A stretch of 64,000 nucleotides of DNA from Alphaproteobacteria bacterium (GCA_035620695.1 DASPGI010000193.1:64398-128397), one strand, 5' to 3'. Counted from the first letter of the stretch, positions 1-10,351 are shown. Program-made: numbers and translations. The notes: generated from the letters alone by a model not told the origin.

Positions 1-469
1 CGAGCGGGGCCACGTGGCCGCCGTTCTACCTTACGATCCGCAGCGCGACGCGGTTGTGCTCATCGAGCAATTTCGCATTGGCGCCTATGCGGCCGGCCAG
101 CCATGCTGGCTGACCGAGATCGTCGCCGGGGTGATCGATGAGGACGAAACCGCCCAATCCGTCGCTCGCCGCGAGATGATGGAGGAAACCGGCTGTCTCG
201 TCACGACGCTGGAGCCGATCGGCTCATATCTGTCCAGCCCTGGAGGAGCCTCTGAAAACGTCGCCCTCTTTGTCGGCCGGGTCGACAGCCGCGAAGCGGG
301 CGGCGTTCACGGCCTGGCCGGCGAGGAGGAGGATATCCAGGTACTGGTGCGGCCGTGGGCCGAGGTCGAGCTTGACCTCGGGCGGGGCCTGTTCACCAAC
401 GCCGCAACCCTGATCGCCCTTCAATGGCTGGCCCTCAATCGATCCGAACTGCGCAAACGCTGGATCTGA
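1..469 (+). CDS. nudF: ADP-ribose pyrophosphatase (Nudix hydrolase), 5' partial; the true start lies upstream of the window
   Basis: Nudix box GVIDEDETAQSVARREMMEETG, plus similarity to NudF C-terminal two-thirds. ORF runs to the window edge. Confidence 0.8.
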   Translation, partial: ERGHVAAVLPYDPQRDAVVLIEQFRIGAYAAGQPCWLTEIVAGVIDEDETAQSVARREMMEETGCLVTTLEPIGSYLSSPGGASENVALFVGRVDSREAGGVHGLAGEEEDIQVLVRPWAEVELDLGRGLFTNAATLIALQWLALNRSELRKRWI

Positions 470-563
470 GCGGAAACCTTGCCTCGCCCGCTTGATCGTC
501 ACGGAGAGCGCGACGATACTCTGCCGCGAGCGACCAAGAACGCCGCGTGAGGAGCGCCGCCCT

Positions 564-1571
564 ATGGATTTACGCGATGGGTTCGTCGGCACTATCGGCG
601 AGACACCGTTGATTCGGCTGCGCCGCGCCAGCGAGGCGACTGGCTGCGAGATCCTTGGCAAGGCGGAGTTTCTCAACCCGGGCGGTTCGGTCAAGGATCG
701 CGCCGCTCTGGCCATCGTCGAGGATGCCGAACAAAGCGGGCATCTCAGACCCGGTGGCGTCGTGGTCGAGGGCACCGCCGGCAATACCGGCATCGGGTTG
801 GCGCTGGTGGGCAATGCGCGTGGATATCGCACCGTTATCGTCATTCCGGAGACGCAAAGCAGGGAGAAGAAGGAGTTCCTGCGCCTGATCGGCGCGGAGG
901 TCCGAGAGGTTCCAGCGGTTCCTTACAAGAATCCCGACAACTACGTCCATGTCTCACGGCGCCTTGCCGAGGAGTTCGCGCGGACCGAGCGGAACGGCGC
1001 GATCTGGGCCAACCAGTTCGACAATGTCGCAAACCGGGACGGGCACTATCGGACCACCGGGCAGGAAATCTGGAGGCAGACCGACGGCAAGGTGGATGGC
1101 TTCATCTGCTCGGTCGGCACCGGCGGAACGCTGGCCGGCGTCGCCGCCGCCTTGCGTGAACGCAATCCAAAAGTGCTGATCGGGCTGGCAGACCCGCCCG
1201 GGGCCGCTCTTTACAGTTTCTACAGCACGGGCGAGCTTAAGGCCGAGGGCACCTCCATCACCGAAGGAATCGGACAGGGGCGCGTCACCGCCAACCTGGA
1301 AGCACTACGGATCGATCGTCCCTATCTCATCCCGGATGAGGAATCCCTGCCCATCGTCTTCGATCTTTTGAAGCATGAAGGCTTCTGTCTCGGTGCCTCA
1401 AGCGGCGTCAACGTGGCCGGTGCGATTCGACTTGCGCGGGACCTGGGCCCGGGCCATACGATCGTGACCATCCTCTGCGATTCCGGTACGCGCTATACCA
1501 GCAGGCTGTTCAACCCGGACTTCCTGCGCTCCAAGAATTTGCCGATCCCTGAATGGCTCGACAACCGGTGA
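564..1571 (+). CDS. Cysteine synthase family PLP enzyme (CysK/CysM-like)
   Basis: Motifs GSVKDRAAL and GTAGNTGIGLA of the Trp-synthase beta / cysteine synthase fold. Start chosen at MDLRDGFVGTIGETPLIRL by N-terminal alignment. Confidence 0.85.
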   Translation: MDLRDGFVGTIGETPLIRLRRASEATGCEILGKAEFLNPGGSVKDRAALAIVEDAEQSGHLRPGGVVVEGTAGNTGIGLALVGNARGYRTVIVIPETQSREKKEFLRLIGAEVREVPAVPYKNPDNYVHVSRRLAEEFARTERNGAIWANQFDNVANRDGHYRTTGQEIWRQTDGKVDGFICSVGTGGTLAGVAAALRERNPKVLIGLADPPGAALYSFYSTGELKAEGTSITEGIGQGRVTANLEALRIDRPYLIPDEESLPIVFDLLKHEGFCLGASSGVNVAGAIRLARDLGPGHTIVTILCDSGTRYTSRLFNPDFLRSKNLPIPEWLDNR

Positions 1572-1575
1572 ACCC

Positions 1576-2289
1576 ATGGAACTGATCTTCCGTACAGACC
1601 CGTACGCGCGACGCTGCGAAGCGACAGTGCTGCGCGCCGATGAAACCGGAATCTGTCTTGACCGAACCGTCTTCTACCCCATGGGTGGCGGGCAGCCTGG
1701 AGACCAGGGCACTCTGAGGCTCGCCGACGGAATGGCCCTGGAGATCCGAGACACTGTCAAGGGGCCCGGCCCGGAGGAAATCCTGCACCTGACGGGTTCC
1801 GGAACTCCGCTGCCGGCCGTGGGAACCACGGTCATGGCGGAAATCGATTGGGCCCGCCGGCATCGGCTGATGCGGATGCATACCTGCCTGCACCTTCTTT
1901 GCGCCGTGGTGCCTGGAGAAGTGACCGGAGGCCAGGTCGGTGACGGCAAAGGCAGGCTCGACTTCAACCTGCCGGAGGGAGGGCTCGACAAGGACGCGAT
2001 CACGGCGGCCTTGAACAGCCTGATCGCCGAGGATCACCCGGTCCGGCCGATCTGGATCACCGACGAGGAGCTGGCGGCGCAGCCAGATCTCGTCCGCACC
2101 ATGTCGGTCAAACCGCCCACCGGCTCGGGTCGCGTGCGCCTTATGCAGATTGAGGGCGTGGACCTCCAGCCCTGTGGTGGCACCCATGTGGGTCGCACCG
2201 GTGAAATCGGCACGATCCGAGTAACCAAGATCGAAAGCAAGGGTCGACAGAATCGCCGCATCAGCATCGCCTTCGCGGAGGACGCGTGA
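1576..2289 (+). CDS. alaX: Alanyl-tRNA editing protein AlaX-M-like (tRNA synthetase second additional domain)
   Basis: HxxxH...CGGTHV zinc/editing motifs (HTCLHLLCAV, PCGGTHVGRTGEIG). About 237 aa. Confidence 0.8.
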   Translation: MELIFRTDPYARRCEATVLRADETGICLDRTVFYPMGGGQPGDQGTLRLADGMALEIRDTVKGPGPEEILHLTGSGTPLPAVGTTVMAEIDWARRHRLMRMHTCLHLLCAVVPGEVTGGQVGDGKGRLDFNLPEGGLDKDAITAALNSLIAEDHPVRPIWITDEELAAQPDLVRTMSVKPPTGSGRVRLMQIEGVDLQPCGGTHVGRTGEIGTIRVTKIESKGRQNRRISIAFAEDA

Positions 2290-3161
2290 TCGCAAACCGG
2301 CGCGGCTATGCCCATCCCGAGGCGTTGGCCGCCACCGAATGGCTGGCGCAGCATCTCGATGCACCGGATTTGAGGATCGTCGATGCGACCTGGTACATGC
2401 CCAGCCAAGGCCGCGATGCACGTGCCGAGTACCAGGCTCGACACATACCCGGCGCGGTCTTCTTCGACATCGACGAGATCGCCGACCGGAACAGCCCGTT
2501 GCCGCATATGCTTCCAAAGGCCGAGCATTTCTCTGCCAGCGTGCGCAAGCTCGGGCTTGGCGACGGCAATCGCATCGTGGTCTATGACGGGCATGGGATG
2601 ATGAGCGCGGCCCGTGTCTGGTGGACCTTTCGCGTGATGGGCCATAGAGACATCGCCGTGCTCGACGGCGGCCTGCCGAAATGGCTCGCCGAGGGACGGC
2701 CGGTCGAGGATACGCCCCCGCCGCCGCGAGAACGGCATTTCAGCGCGCGCCTGAACCACACCCTCGTCAAGGACAAGGCAGCCATCTTGCGCAATCTGAG
2801 AAACTCGCGGTTCCAGCTTTTGGATGCGCGGTCCGCCGGGCGTTTCGAGGGCAGCGAGGCGGAGCCCTGGCCGGCTCGCCGCTCGGGGCACATTCCGGGC
2901 AGCCGCAACCTTCCCTATACGGAGCTCCTGGATCCGAAGGACAAGACCTTTCTGCCCGCCGATGCTCTTGCAGCGAAATTCGCGGCAGCAGGCATCGATC
3001 CGAAAAAGCCCGTCGTAACCAGCTGCGGATCAGGAATTACCGCCGCGATCTTGGCCCTTGGCCTGCATCTGATCGGTCACGAGGATGTTGCCTTATACGA
3101 TGGTTCCTGGGCCGAATGGGGGCTGCCGGGAGATACACCGGTCGAGACCGGTGCGGCATGA
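2286..3161 (+). CDS. sseA: 3-mercaptopyruvate / thiosulfate sulfurtransferase (tandem rhodanese)
   Basis: Two rhodanese domains with catalytic Cys loop CGSGITAAI. GTG start overlaps the alaX stop (GTGA). Confidence 0.85.
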   Translation: MIANRRGYAHPEALAATEWLAQHLDAPDLRIVDATWYMPSQGRDARAEYQARHIPGAVFFDIDEIADRNSPLPHMLPKAEHFSASVRKLGLGDGNRIVVYDGHGMMSAARVWWTFRVMGHRDIAVLDGGLPKWLAEGRPVEDTPPPPRERHFSARLNHTLVKDKAAILRNLRNSRFQLLDARSAGRFEGSEAEPWPARRSGHIPGSRNLPYTELLDPKDKTFLPADALAAKFAAAGIDPKKPVVTSCGSGITAAILALGLHLIGHEDVALYDGSWAEWGLPGDTPVETGAA

Positions 3162-3745
3162 GCGATCACGCTTCCGACACAGCTACGCTCGAAATCGTCG
3201 TCACCTATCTCGAAATGCATAAACCCCCGACACGGCCGACCGTACCGGCGCCGCCGGTCGGCAAGATCGCGCTGTTGCGGGCCGAGCGGCCGACTATTTC
3301 CTATTATCGCTATCTGTACAATACGGTCGGTGAGCCCTGGCTGTGGTGGGAGCGCCGCCTTCTCCCCGACCCGGAGTTGGAGCGTATCATCCACGATCCG
3401 CTGGTCGAGATCTATGTGCTCTATGTCGACGGTGTGCCCGCGGGCTATGCCGAGCTTGATCGCCGCAACCAGGAGAATGTCGAGCTCGCCTATTTCGGGC
3501 TGGTCCCACAATTCATCGGGCGCAAGCTCGGCCCGTTCCTTCTGAATTGGGCAGTCGACACGGCTTGGTTTCATCAACCCAAGCGGCTATGGGTCAACAC
3601 CAACAATCTCGATCATCCGAAGGCGCTGCAGATTTACCAGAAAGCCGGCTTCGTGCCCTATCGGCAGGAGACGAAGGAAATTCCCAATCCGCGCCTTACG
3701 GTGATCCGGCCGATCGCCAACGGCCGGTCGAACGCCACGGAATAA
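3158..3745 (+). CDS. GNAT family N-acetyltransferase
   Basis: In frame within the long ORF 2681..3745. The ATG at 3158 overlaps the sseA stop. Acetyl-CoA-binding-like motifs (QFIGRKLGPFLLNWA). Confidence 0.75.
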   Translation: MSDHASDTATLEIVVTYLEMHKPPTRPTVPAPPVGKIALLRAERPTISYYRYLYNTVGEPWLWWERRLLPDPELERIIHDPLVEIYVLYVDGVPAGYAELDRRNQENVELAYFGLVPQFIGRKLGPFLLNWAVDTAWFHQPKRLWVNTNNLDHPKALQIYQKAGFVPYRQETKEIPNPRLTVIRPIANGRSNATE

Positions 3746-3761
3746 ACTGCCAGTCTTTGGT

Positions 3762-4541
3762 TCAGTGATGCAGGATCTGGCTTAGGAAAAGCTTCGTACG
3801 GTCCGAACGCGGGTTCTTGAAAAACTCGTTCGGCTCGTTCTGCTCGATGATCTCGCCACCGTCCATGAAGATGACCCGGTTGGCTACCGTGCGCGCGAAG
3901 CCCATCTCGTGCGTCACGCAGAGCATGGTCATGCCTGATTCCGCCAGCCCCACCATGACGTCCAGCACTTCCTTGATCATTTCGGGATCGAGCGCGGAGG
4001 TCGGCTCGTCGAACAACATGACCTTCGGATTCATGCAGAGCGAACGCGCGATCGCCACGCGTTGCTGCTGACCGCCCGAAAGCTGCCCGGGATACTTATT
4101 GGCCTGCTCCGGGATGCGCACACGCTCCAGATACTTCGTCGCTACGGCGTCCGCATCGGCCTTGGGCATACGCCGTACCCAGATGGGGGCGAGCGTGCAG
4201 TTCTCCATTACCGTCAGATGCGGAAACAGGTTGAAGTGCTGGAACACCATGCCGACCTCGCGGCGGATCTGTTCGATGTGCTTGAGGTCGTTCGTCAACT
4301 CGATCCCGTCGACGATGATCTTGCCTTTCTCATGCTCCTCGAGGCGATTGACGCAGCGGATCAATGTCGACTTGCCCGAACCCGAGGGGCCGCAGATCAC
4401 GATCCGTTCGCCTTTATAAACGGTTAGGTCGATCTCCTTGAGCACATGGAACTGCCCGTACCATTTGTGCACGCCCACCATCTGGATCATGACATCGTCG
4501 GCGGCGGCGGTTTGAAGAGCGGCGGCGGATGCGGCCATGAC
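3762..4541 (-). CDS. aapP: General L-amino acid ABC transporter ATP-binding protein
   Basis: Walker [13 protein letters not shown] signature [13 protein letters not shown], polar-amino-acid ABC ATPase family. Last gene of the aapJQMP-like operon. The start at MAASAAALQ lies just after the aapM stop. Confidence 0.9.
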   Translation of the reverse strand, partial: VMAASAAALQTAAADDVMIQMVGVHKWYGQFHVLKEIDLTVYKGERIVICGPSGSGKSTLIRCVNRLEEHEKGKIIVDGIELTNDLKHIEQIRREVGMVFQHFNLFPHLTVMENCTLAPIWVRRMPKADADAVATKYLERVRIPEQANKYPGQLSGGQQQRVAIARSLCMNPKVMLFDEPTSALDPEMIKEVLDVMVGLAESGMTMLCVTHEMGFARTVANRVIFMDGGEIIEQNEPNEFFKNPRSDRTKLFLSQILHH

Positions 4542-4548
4542 TGGTCCC

Positions 4549-5685
4549 CTAGCGCTTGTATCCGGTGTGCAGTTTGCGTTCCAGGCTGATCGAGTAGCGC
4601 GACATGGCGAAGCAGAACATGAAATAGATGACCGCGGCGAACAGGTAGCCTTCGTTCGCCAGTCCGCGCCACTGCGCATCTCGGGTCCCCGCCTGCACGA
4701 TGTTGAGCAGATCGAACAACCCGATGATGCTCACCAGGCTCGTGTCCTTGAACAGACCGATGAAGGTGTTCACCATGCCCGGGATCACGATCCTCAAGGC
4801 CTGCGGCAGGATGATCAGGCCCATCATCTTCCAGTAACCGAGGCCAAGCGCCATGGCGCCCTCATACTGCCCGCGCGGCATCGCTTGCAGCCCGCCGCGC
4901 ACCACCTCCGCCATGTAAGCCGCGGCGAACAGCGAAAAGCCGACTAGCGCCCTCAATAACTTGTCGAAACTTACGCCGACCGGCAGGAACAGCGGCAACA
5001 TCACCGAGGACATGAACAGAACCGTGATGAGCGGAACCGCGCGCACGAACTCGATGAAAGTGATGCAAAGGACACGGATCACGGGAAGATTGGAGCGCCG
5101 CCCCAGCGCGAGCAAAATCCCGAGCGGCACGGATACGGTGATGGAGACCGTCGCGATGATAAGGGTCAGCATGAGGCCGCCCCACAACCGCGTCTCGACG
5201 ACCGGCAGACCGAATATGCCGCCATGGAACAGCGCATATCCGATTATCGGGTAGATCAGGAACAGGAAGATCGCCGTCCACTTTTTTCCCGGCACGCGTT
5301 CGATCAGAAGCGCGAAGAAGGATCCGAACTGAAGCAGGAACGCCAGATCGACGCGCCAACGTTGGCCTTCGGGATAGAATCCGTACATGAACTGCTCAAA
5401 GCGTGCATTCACCATGGTCCAGCAGGCGCCCTCGAGATCCACCCCATCCGGGGTGGTGCAAGGCTCGCGGGTAACGCCGCGCCAGGTCGCCTCGAAGAGG
5501 GCCCACTGAAGGAATGCCGGAACGATGTAGAGCAAGATCGCAACCGAGAGAATCGTCAGCAGGACGTTTCCCGGGCTCGAGAGCAGGTTCTCGCGAATCC
5601 AGCCGATCGGACCACTCGTACGCACGGGCGGTGGCAGCGAAGGATGCTTGCCCGGTGCGTAGCGCTCTTGATCGCTGGCGGTCAT
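4549..5685 (-). CDS. aapM: General L-amino acid ABC transporter permease
   Basis: His/Glu/Gln/Arg/opine permease family with an N-terminal extension, as in the Rhizobium AapM arrangement. Confidence 0.85.
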   Translation of the reverse strand: MTASDQERYAPGKHPSLPPPVRTSGPIGWIRENLLSSPGNVLLTILSVAILLYIVPAFLQWALFEATWRGVTREPCTTPDGVDLEGACWTMVNARFEQFMYGFYPEGQRWRVDLAFLLQFGSFFALLIERVPGKKWTAIFLFLIYPIIGYALFHGGIFGLPVVETRLWGGLMLTLIIATVSITVSVPLGILLALGRRSNLPVIRVLCITFIEFVRAVPLITVLFMSSVMLPLFLPVGVSFDKLLRALVGFSLFAAAYMAEVVRGGLQAMPRGQYEGAMALGLGYWKMMGLIILPQALRIVIPGMVNTFIGLFKDTSLVSIIGLFDLLNIVQAGTRDAQWRGLANEGYLFAAVIYFMFCFAMSRYSISLERKLHTGYKR

Positions 5686-5688
5686 CCG

Positions 5689-6879
5689 CTATCTCTCAAC
5701 AAGGGCGATCTTACGGTTGTACCAGTTCATGAAGGCCGAGATGCCAAGGCTGATGGTCGTGTAGACCAGCATCGTGATCGCGATCGTCTCGATCGCCTGA
5801 CCAGTCTGGTTCAGTGTCGTACCCGCGAAGACGGCGAACAAATCGGGATAGGCGATGGCGACGGCGAGCGAGGAGTTCTTGGTCAAGTTCAGATATTGGC
5901 TGGTCAGCGGCGGCACGATCACGCGCAAGGCCTGCGGCATCACGACCAGCCGCGTCACCAGATTGTGCCTGAGTCCCAGCGCCAGCGCGGCTTCGGTCTG
6001 GCCATGGCTGACCGAAAGGATGCCGGCGCGCACGATCTCGGCAATGAAGGAGGCGGTGTACAGAACCAGGGCGAAGAGCAGCGCCAGGAACTCCGGAACT
6101 AGCACCGTCCCGCCCCTGTAGTTGAACCCCGCCAATTCGGGATGCTCCAAAGTCCAGGGGACTCCCAGAAGCAGCGCGGTCGCCACAGGCAGCAATATCA
6201 GGATCGCCAGATTCACGCGCAGTGTCGGAAATGGCAGGCCTGTCTCAGCCTGGCGGCGTTTGGCCCAGCGATGGATCAGGAAAGCGAGCCCGATCGCAAC
6301 AAGCAGTGACACGGGAACCCACGAGAAGCCGGGCTCCAGGATCGGCGCAGGCAGATAGAAGCCACGCTGGTTCAGTGAGAACGCTCCCCACAACAGCGAG
6401 CTCTGCCGTACGTCAGGGAGAGAAGCCAATACCGCGAAATACCAGAAGACGATCTGCAGCAGTAGCGGGACGTTCCGCAGCATCTCCACATAGACCGTGG
6501 CAAGCCGGGCCACCAGCCAGTTCCGCGACAGCCTGAGGATGCCGACGATGACGCCGAGTACCGTCGCGCCGATGACGCCGAGCACCGAGACGAAAAGTGT
6601 GTTGAGTATGCCGACAAGCAGCACTCGCCCGTAGGTATCGGTCGCCTTATAGGAGATCAGGGAGAAAGAAATGTCGAAGCCCGAGGTGCTCCACAGAAAC
6701 CCGAACCCCGATGCGATGCCGCGTTGCTGCAGATTCTGGGTCGTGTTGTAGATGATGAATGCGATGAATGCGATCAAGCCGCCCAGAACAAACACCTGGA
6801 ACAGCACGCCGCGGATGCGCTGGTCGTACCAAAAGGGCGTTATGGACGGCCGCCGCGCTGCTTCGGTTTGAATTGCCAT
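5689..6879 (-). CDS. aapQ: General L-amino acid ABC transporter permease
   Basis: Polytopic membrane protein of the polar amino acid permease family. Sits between the binding protein and aapM. Confidence 0.85.
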   Translation of the reverse strand: MAIQTEAARRPSITPFWYDQRIRGVLFQVFVLGGLIAFIAFIIYNTTQNLQQRGIASGFGFLWSTSGFDISFSLISYKATDTYGRVLLVGILNTLFVSVLGVIGATVLGVIVGILRLSRNWLVARLATVYVEMLRNVPLLLQIVFWYFAVLASLPDVRQSSLLWGAFSLNQRGFYLPAPILEPGFSWVPVSLLVAIGLAFLIHRWAKRRQAETGLPFPTLRVNLAILILLPVATALLLGVPWTLEHPELAGFNYRGGTVLVPEFLALLFALVLYTASFIAEIVRAGILSVSHGQTEAALALGLRHNLVTRLVVMPQALRVIVPPLTSQYLNLTKNSSLAVAIAYPDLFAVFAGTTLNQTGQAIETIAITMLVYTTISLGISAFMNWYNRKIALVER

Positions 6880-6958
6880 GGCTGCCTCGCGCTAGCCACC
6901 GCCGCGCCGCCCTGCTCGGAACGACGGTTCCGGGCAGGGACGGCTGCGTAGGATTACC

Positions 6959-7981
6959 TTAGCGGACCGGTGGCGCGTAGAGCACGCCACCCTTACTCCA
7001 CAACTGGTTCAAGCCGCGAGCAAGCTGAAGCGGCGTTTTTTCGCCGATATTTCGCTCGAAGCTTTCGCCGTAATTCCCGACCTGCTTGATGATGTTGTAG
7101 GCCCAATCGGGATTGAGCTTGAGCTGCTGCGCCATATCGCCCTCGACGCCGAGCATACGGCGCACTTCCGGATTGGCGCTTTCGGCCTTGACCTGGTCGA
7201 CGTTCTCGGACGTGATGCCGAATTCCTCGGCGATGACCATGGCGTTCAGCGTCCAGCGGACAATGTCCTCCCATTCGTTGTCGCCATGGCGGACCAGCGG
7301 TCCAAGCGGCTCCTTAGAGATGATTTCGGGCAGGATGACATGCTCGGCGGGATTCTTCAGCACCGAGCGCTCGGCGGCGAGGCCCGAGGCGTCCGTGGTA
7401 TAGGCATCGCAGCGCCCCTCGTCGTAGGCGGCGACGGCTTCCTCGGCTTTCTCGAAGACGACCGGTTTCAACTCCATGCTGTTGGTGCGGAAGTAATCGG
7501 TCAGGTTCAACTCCGTGGTGGTGCCGGTCTGCACGCACACGGCCGCACCGTTCAGCTCGAGGGCACTTTTCACCCCGAGGCTTTCGCGCACCATGAAACC
7601 CTGTCCGTCATAGTAATTGACTCCGACAAAATCGAAGCCGAGCCCGGTATCGCGTGACAGGGTCCATGTTGTATTTCGGGCCAGCATATCGACCTCGCCC
7701 GACTGCAACGCGGTGAAGCGTTCCTTGGCGGTAAGCGGAGCAAATTTCACCTTCGTTGCATCGCCAAACACAGCCGCGGCAACGGCGCGGCAGAAATCGA
7801 CGTCCAGGCCCGACCATTCGCCCTTATCGTTCGGCGCGCCGAAGCCCGGGAGGCCGTTGTTGACGCCACACTGTAGGATGCCCCGCTGCTTTACGGTATC
7901 GAACGTGGCGCCGGCATAGGCCGGACCGGCAACGACCACGGCTAGAACGGCTCCGGTGACCGCAATTTTCCAGTTCATCAT
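6959..7981 (-). CDS. aapJ: General L-amino acid ABC transporter periplasmic substrate-binding protein
   Basis: Signal peptide MMNWKIAVTGAVLAVVVAGPAYA with an upstream GGGAAGG RBS. Family-3 solute-binding fold. Confidence 0.85.
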   Translation of the reverse strand: MMNWKIAVTGAVLAVVVAGPAYAGATFDTVKQRGILQCGVNNGLPGFGAPNDKGEWSGLDVDFCRAVAAAVFGDATKVKFAPLTAKERFTALQSGEVDMLARNTTWTLSRDTGLGFDFVGVNYYDGQGFMVRESLGVKSALELNGAAVCVQTGTTTELNLTDYFRTNSMELKPVVFEKAEEAVAAYDEGRCDAYTTDASGLAAERSVLKNPAEHVILPEIISKEPLGPLVRHGDNEWEDIVRWTLNAMVIAEEFGITSENVDQVKAESANPEVRRMLGVEGDMAQQLKLNPDWAYNIIKQVGNYGESFERNIGEKTPLQLARGLNQLWSKGGVLYAPPVR

Positions 7982-8217
7982 TTTCGAACCTTCCCTGTTG
8001 TTCGCCCGCTTCTTGCTACCGGCAGGCACCCGTCGTTCCGAGGAGGCGAATCACCTACCCTACCTCCGGGTAGGACGATATCGTAACCTCGGCGGGTTTC
8101 GGCATCCGGCCGGACACCAAACCTCAATTTATGCCATTCTGTTGTAATCACCAACCGGCAAAATTCGCCGACCCCGCCTGGAGGCCGGCAAGCGCCGGAT
8201 CGCCGAGGAATCCTAAG

Positions 8218-9423
8218 ATGAGCTTTAATTCATCGAGCTCCGCCGACACGCTCATCGTGCATGCCGGCAGCTCGCCCACCGAGCAGAAAGGCGCGGTAAA
8301 TCCTCCCATCTACCGTGCATCGACCGTCTTGTTTGCGACCCTTGCGGCCCTCGAGGAATCGGTCCACCTGCGTAATGAGCCCGGGCATTTTCACTATGGC
8401 CGGTTCGGCACACCGACATCCCATGCGCTGGAGGAGGCGTTGGCGTCCCTGGAAGGCGGCGATCATGGCCTTGCCCTGCCTTCCGGCGTCGCGGCCATCG
8501 CCACGACCCTGCTCGCACACTGCGGATCAGGGGACCATTTGCTGATGGTGGATAGCGTCTATGGACCCATTCGTGGCATGTGCAACACGTTGCTGCGAAG
8601 GCTCGGGATTGAGACCGAGTTCTACAACCCCCGGATCGGCGCTGGGATTGCTCGGCTGATCCGACCGAGTACGAAACTGGTTTATCTCGAATCGCCTGGT
8701 TCGCTGACACTCGAGATTCAGGATCTGCCGGCGATTGCTGCGGCAGCTCATGCCGGCGGCGCGCTGGTGGCCTTCGACAATACCTGGGGCACACCGCTCT
8801 TTCATAATCCTCTGGCTCTGGGCGCGGATATCGTGATTCAGGCCGCCACCAAATACATCGTCGGACATTCCGATGCGATGCTGGGCACACTGGTGATGCG
8901 CAAAGACAACTATATGCCGTTACGCCTGACGGCGACCGCACTCGGCTATTGCGTATCCGCAGATGATTGTTACCTCGGACTGCGTGGTCTGCGCACGCTT
9001 GCCGTACGCCTTCAGCGGCATCAGGAGACGGGCCTGGTGTTGGCGCGATGGTTGCAAAGCCGACCGGAAGTCAGCCGGGTGATCCATCCCGCTCTGCCCG
9101 ACCATCCCGATCATCCGCTTTGGCTCCGTGATTTCAGGGGTGCCTGCGGCCTGTTCGCCGTGGAGCTGAAGCCTTGCCGTCGTGCCGCCCTGGAAGCGAT
9201 GCTGAACGGGCTTAGGTTGTTCGGAATGGGTTTCTCCTGGGGGGGATTCGAGAGTCTGATTCTTCCTTGCGACCCCACAAACATACGTACCGCGGTGCCC
9301 TGGCCGGCTGGGGCGGGCCCGCTTCTGCGCATCCATGCGGGGCTCGAAGATCCGGCCGATTTGATCTCCGACCTCGAAGCGGGCTTCAAGCGGCTTGCGG
9401 CAGCCGATGGGGACATGTCGTGA
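8218..9423 (+). CDS. metC: Cystathionine beta-lyase (PLP, Cys/Met metabolism family)
   Basis: Cys/Met-metabolism PLP enzyme with the lysine region [23 protein letters not shown] upstream of ATG 8218. Confidence 0.85.
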   Translation: MSFNSSSSADTLIVHAGSSPTEQKGAVNPPIYRASTVLFATLAALEESVHLRNEPGHFHYGRFGTPTSHALEEALASLEGGDHGLALPSGVAAIATTLLAHCGSGDHLLMVDSVYGPIRGMCNTLLRRLGIETEFYNPRIGAGIARLIRPSTKLVYLESPGSLTLEIQDLPAIAAAAHAGGALVAFDNTWGTPLFHNPLALGADIVIQAATKYIVGHSDAMLGTLVMRKDNYMPLRLTATALGYCVSADDCYLGLRGLRTLAVRLQRHQETGLVLARWLQSRPEVSRVIHPALPDHPDHPLWLRDFRGACGLFAVELKPCRRAALEAMLNGLRLFGMGFSWGGFESLILPCDPTNIRTAVPWPAGAGPLLRIHAGLEDPADLISDLEAGFKRLAAADGDMS

Positions 9424-9434
9424 CCGGCGGCGCC

Positions 9435-9809
9435 ATGGAAGAGGAGTTGGATCTCGAGGGTTTCGTTGCGGCGCTGCGTTTCGACGCCGACGGCCTGGTT
9501 CCGGTAATCGCCCAGAATTGGGAGACTGGCGAGGTCCTTATGCTGGCTTACATGAATCGGCAAGCGCTGGAGGAAACGGTGGCCACCGGCAGTGTCTGCT
9601 ATTGGTCCAGGTCGCGCGGCAGGCTCTGGCGCAAGGGAGAATCCTCCGGCCATACCCAGCGTCTCGTCGGCTTGGCCGTGGATTGCGATGGAGACACGCT
9701 GCTCTTGAAGGTCGAGCAGGTCGGACCTGCCTGCCACACCGGAGCCCGCTCCTGCTTCTTTCGAGATTTGCGTATCGCCCTTGATTACGACAAGTCGCGG
9801 AACTCTTAG
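9435..9809 (+). CDS. hisI: Phosphoribosyl-AMP cyclohydrolase
   Basis: [22 protein letters not shown]...[18 protein letters not shown]...[21 protein letters not shown] matches the HisI signature. The start may instead be the GTG at 9420. Confidence 0.85.
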   Translation: MEEELDLEGFVAALRFDADGLVPVIAQNWETGEVLMLAYMNRQALEETVATGSVCYWSRSRGRLWRKGESSGHTQRLVGLAVDCDGDTLLLKVEQVGPACHTGARSCFFRDLRIALDYDKSRNS

Positions 9810-9820
9810 TAATCTGATGG

Positions 9821-9836
9821 TTAAGCGCAAGTAACC
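9821..9836. promoter_or_regulatory. CtrA-box-like motif TTAA-N7-TAACC upstream of the flp pilin gene
   Basis: ttaaGCGCAAGtaacc lies about 100 bp upstream of the flp ATG. The CtrA consensus is TTAA-N7-TTAAC, and the second half-site here lacks one T. Confidence 0.3.
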
Positions 9837-9933
9837 AAAGAGAAAATATTCCATTTTTGGGATGGATTTACTCGTTCTTAAGCGCCGCCGCGCGATTGTC
9901 GGCGCCGGGGCAAGTAGAGGAGGTATCCAACCC

Positions 9934-10107
9934 ATGTTCTCTCTCATTTCCAAGTTTTCGAAGGATGAGTCCGGCGCCACGGCCATCGAGTATGGCCTGA
10001 TCGCCGCTCTGGTAGCGGTTGCCGCGATCGTCGGCATGACGGCTCTTGGCACCTCGCTGAATGGCATCTTCACGAACGTTTCCACTGAGCTGAACAACGC
10101 GACCTAA
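9934..10107 (+). CDS. flp: Flp/Fap family type IVb pilin (Tad pilus major subunit)
   Basis: Flp motif DESGATAIEYGLIAALVAVAAIVG, with a G/ATAIEY prepilin cleavage site and a hydrophobic helix. RBS GGAGG about 10 nt upstream. Confidence 0.9.
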   Translation: MFSLISKFSKDESGATAIEYGLIAALVAVAAIVGMTALGTSLNGIFTNVSTELNNAT

Positions 10108-10140
10108 TCGGCGTCACCGCGGCGTCGTCTATGTCGTGGG

Positions 10141-10180
10141 GGAGCCGGCTCGGCAGGTCATTGCCTTGCCGGCTCCTCTA
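10141..10180 (+). terminator. GC-rich hairpin downstream of flp (possible intrinsic terminator or attenuator)
   Basis: gGAGCCGGCtcggcaggtcattgccttGCCGGCTCc inverted repeat with no clear U-tract. Confidence 0.35.
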
Positions 10181-10351
10181 ACCTTGTCGCTCTGGATCGG
10201 TCGGGCGCCATGATATCGCTGCCGGACTCTGCAACCGCGAACATTAACCATTTGACCCTAGTCCGGGCGAGCACCGAAGCCGCTCGCCCCTCGCCCTTCG
10301 ACCACGGCCGTTGATCTTGGGCCACGGCCCACCGCGAATTGGAGCTAACAA

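Noticed and set aside
224-2891. Long antisense or out-of-frame ORFs (224..844 -, 570..950 -, 1510..2517 -, 2034..2891 - and many similar throughout the track)
   Set aside because: These are typical stop-codon-poor shadow frames of a 64% GC genome. They overlap well-supported genes on the other strand and have Arg/Pro/Ala-rich low-complexity translations with no recognisable domains.
2681-3745. The full 354-aa ORF 2681..3745 taken as one gene
   Set aside because: The first about 160 codons overlap the 3' end of sseA in another frame and are Arg/Gly-rich junk. The GNAT domain begins at the ATG at 3158, which overlaps the sseA stop.
9862-9933. Longer Flp precursor starting at the ATG at 9862 (81 aa)
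   Set aside because: The GGAGG RBS sits about 10 nt upstream of the ATG at 9934, and Flp prepilins normally have short leaders. The 9862 start would give an Arg-rich 24-aa extension atypical for Flp.
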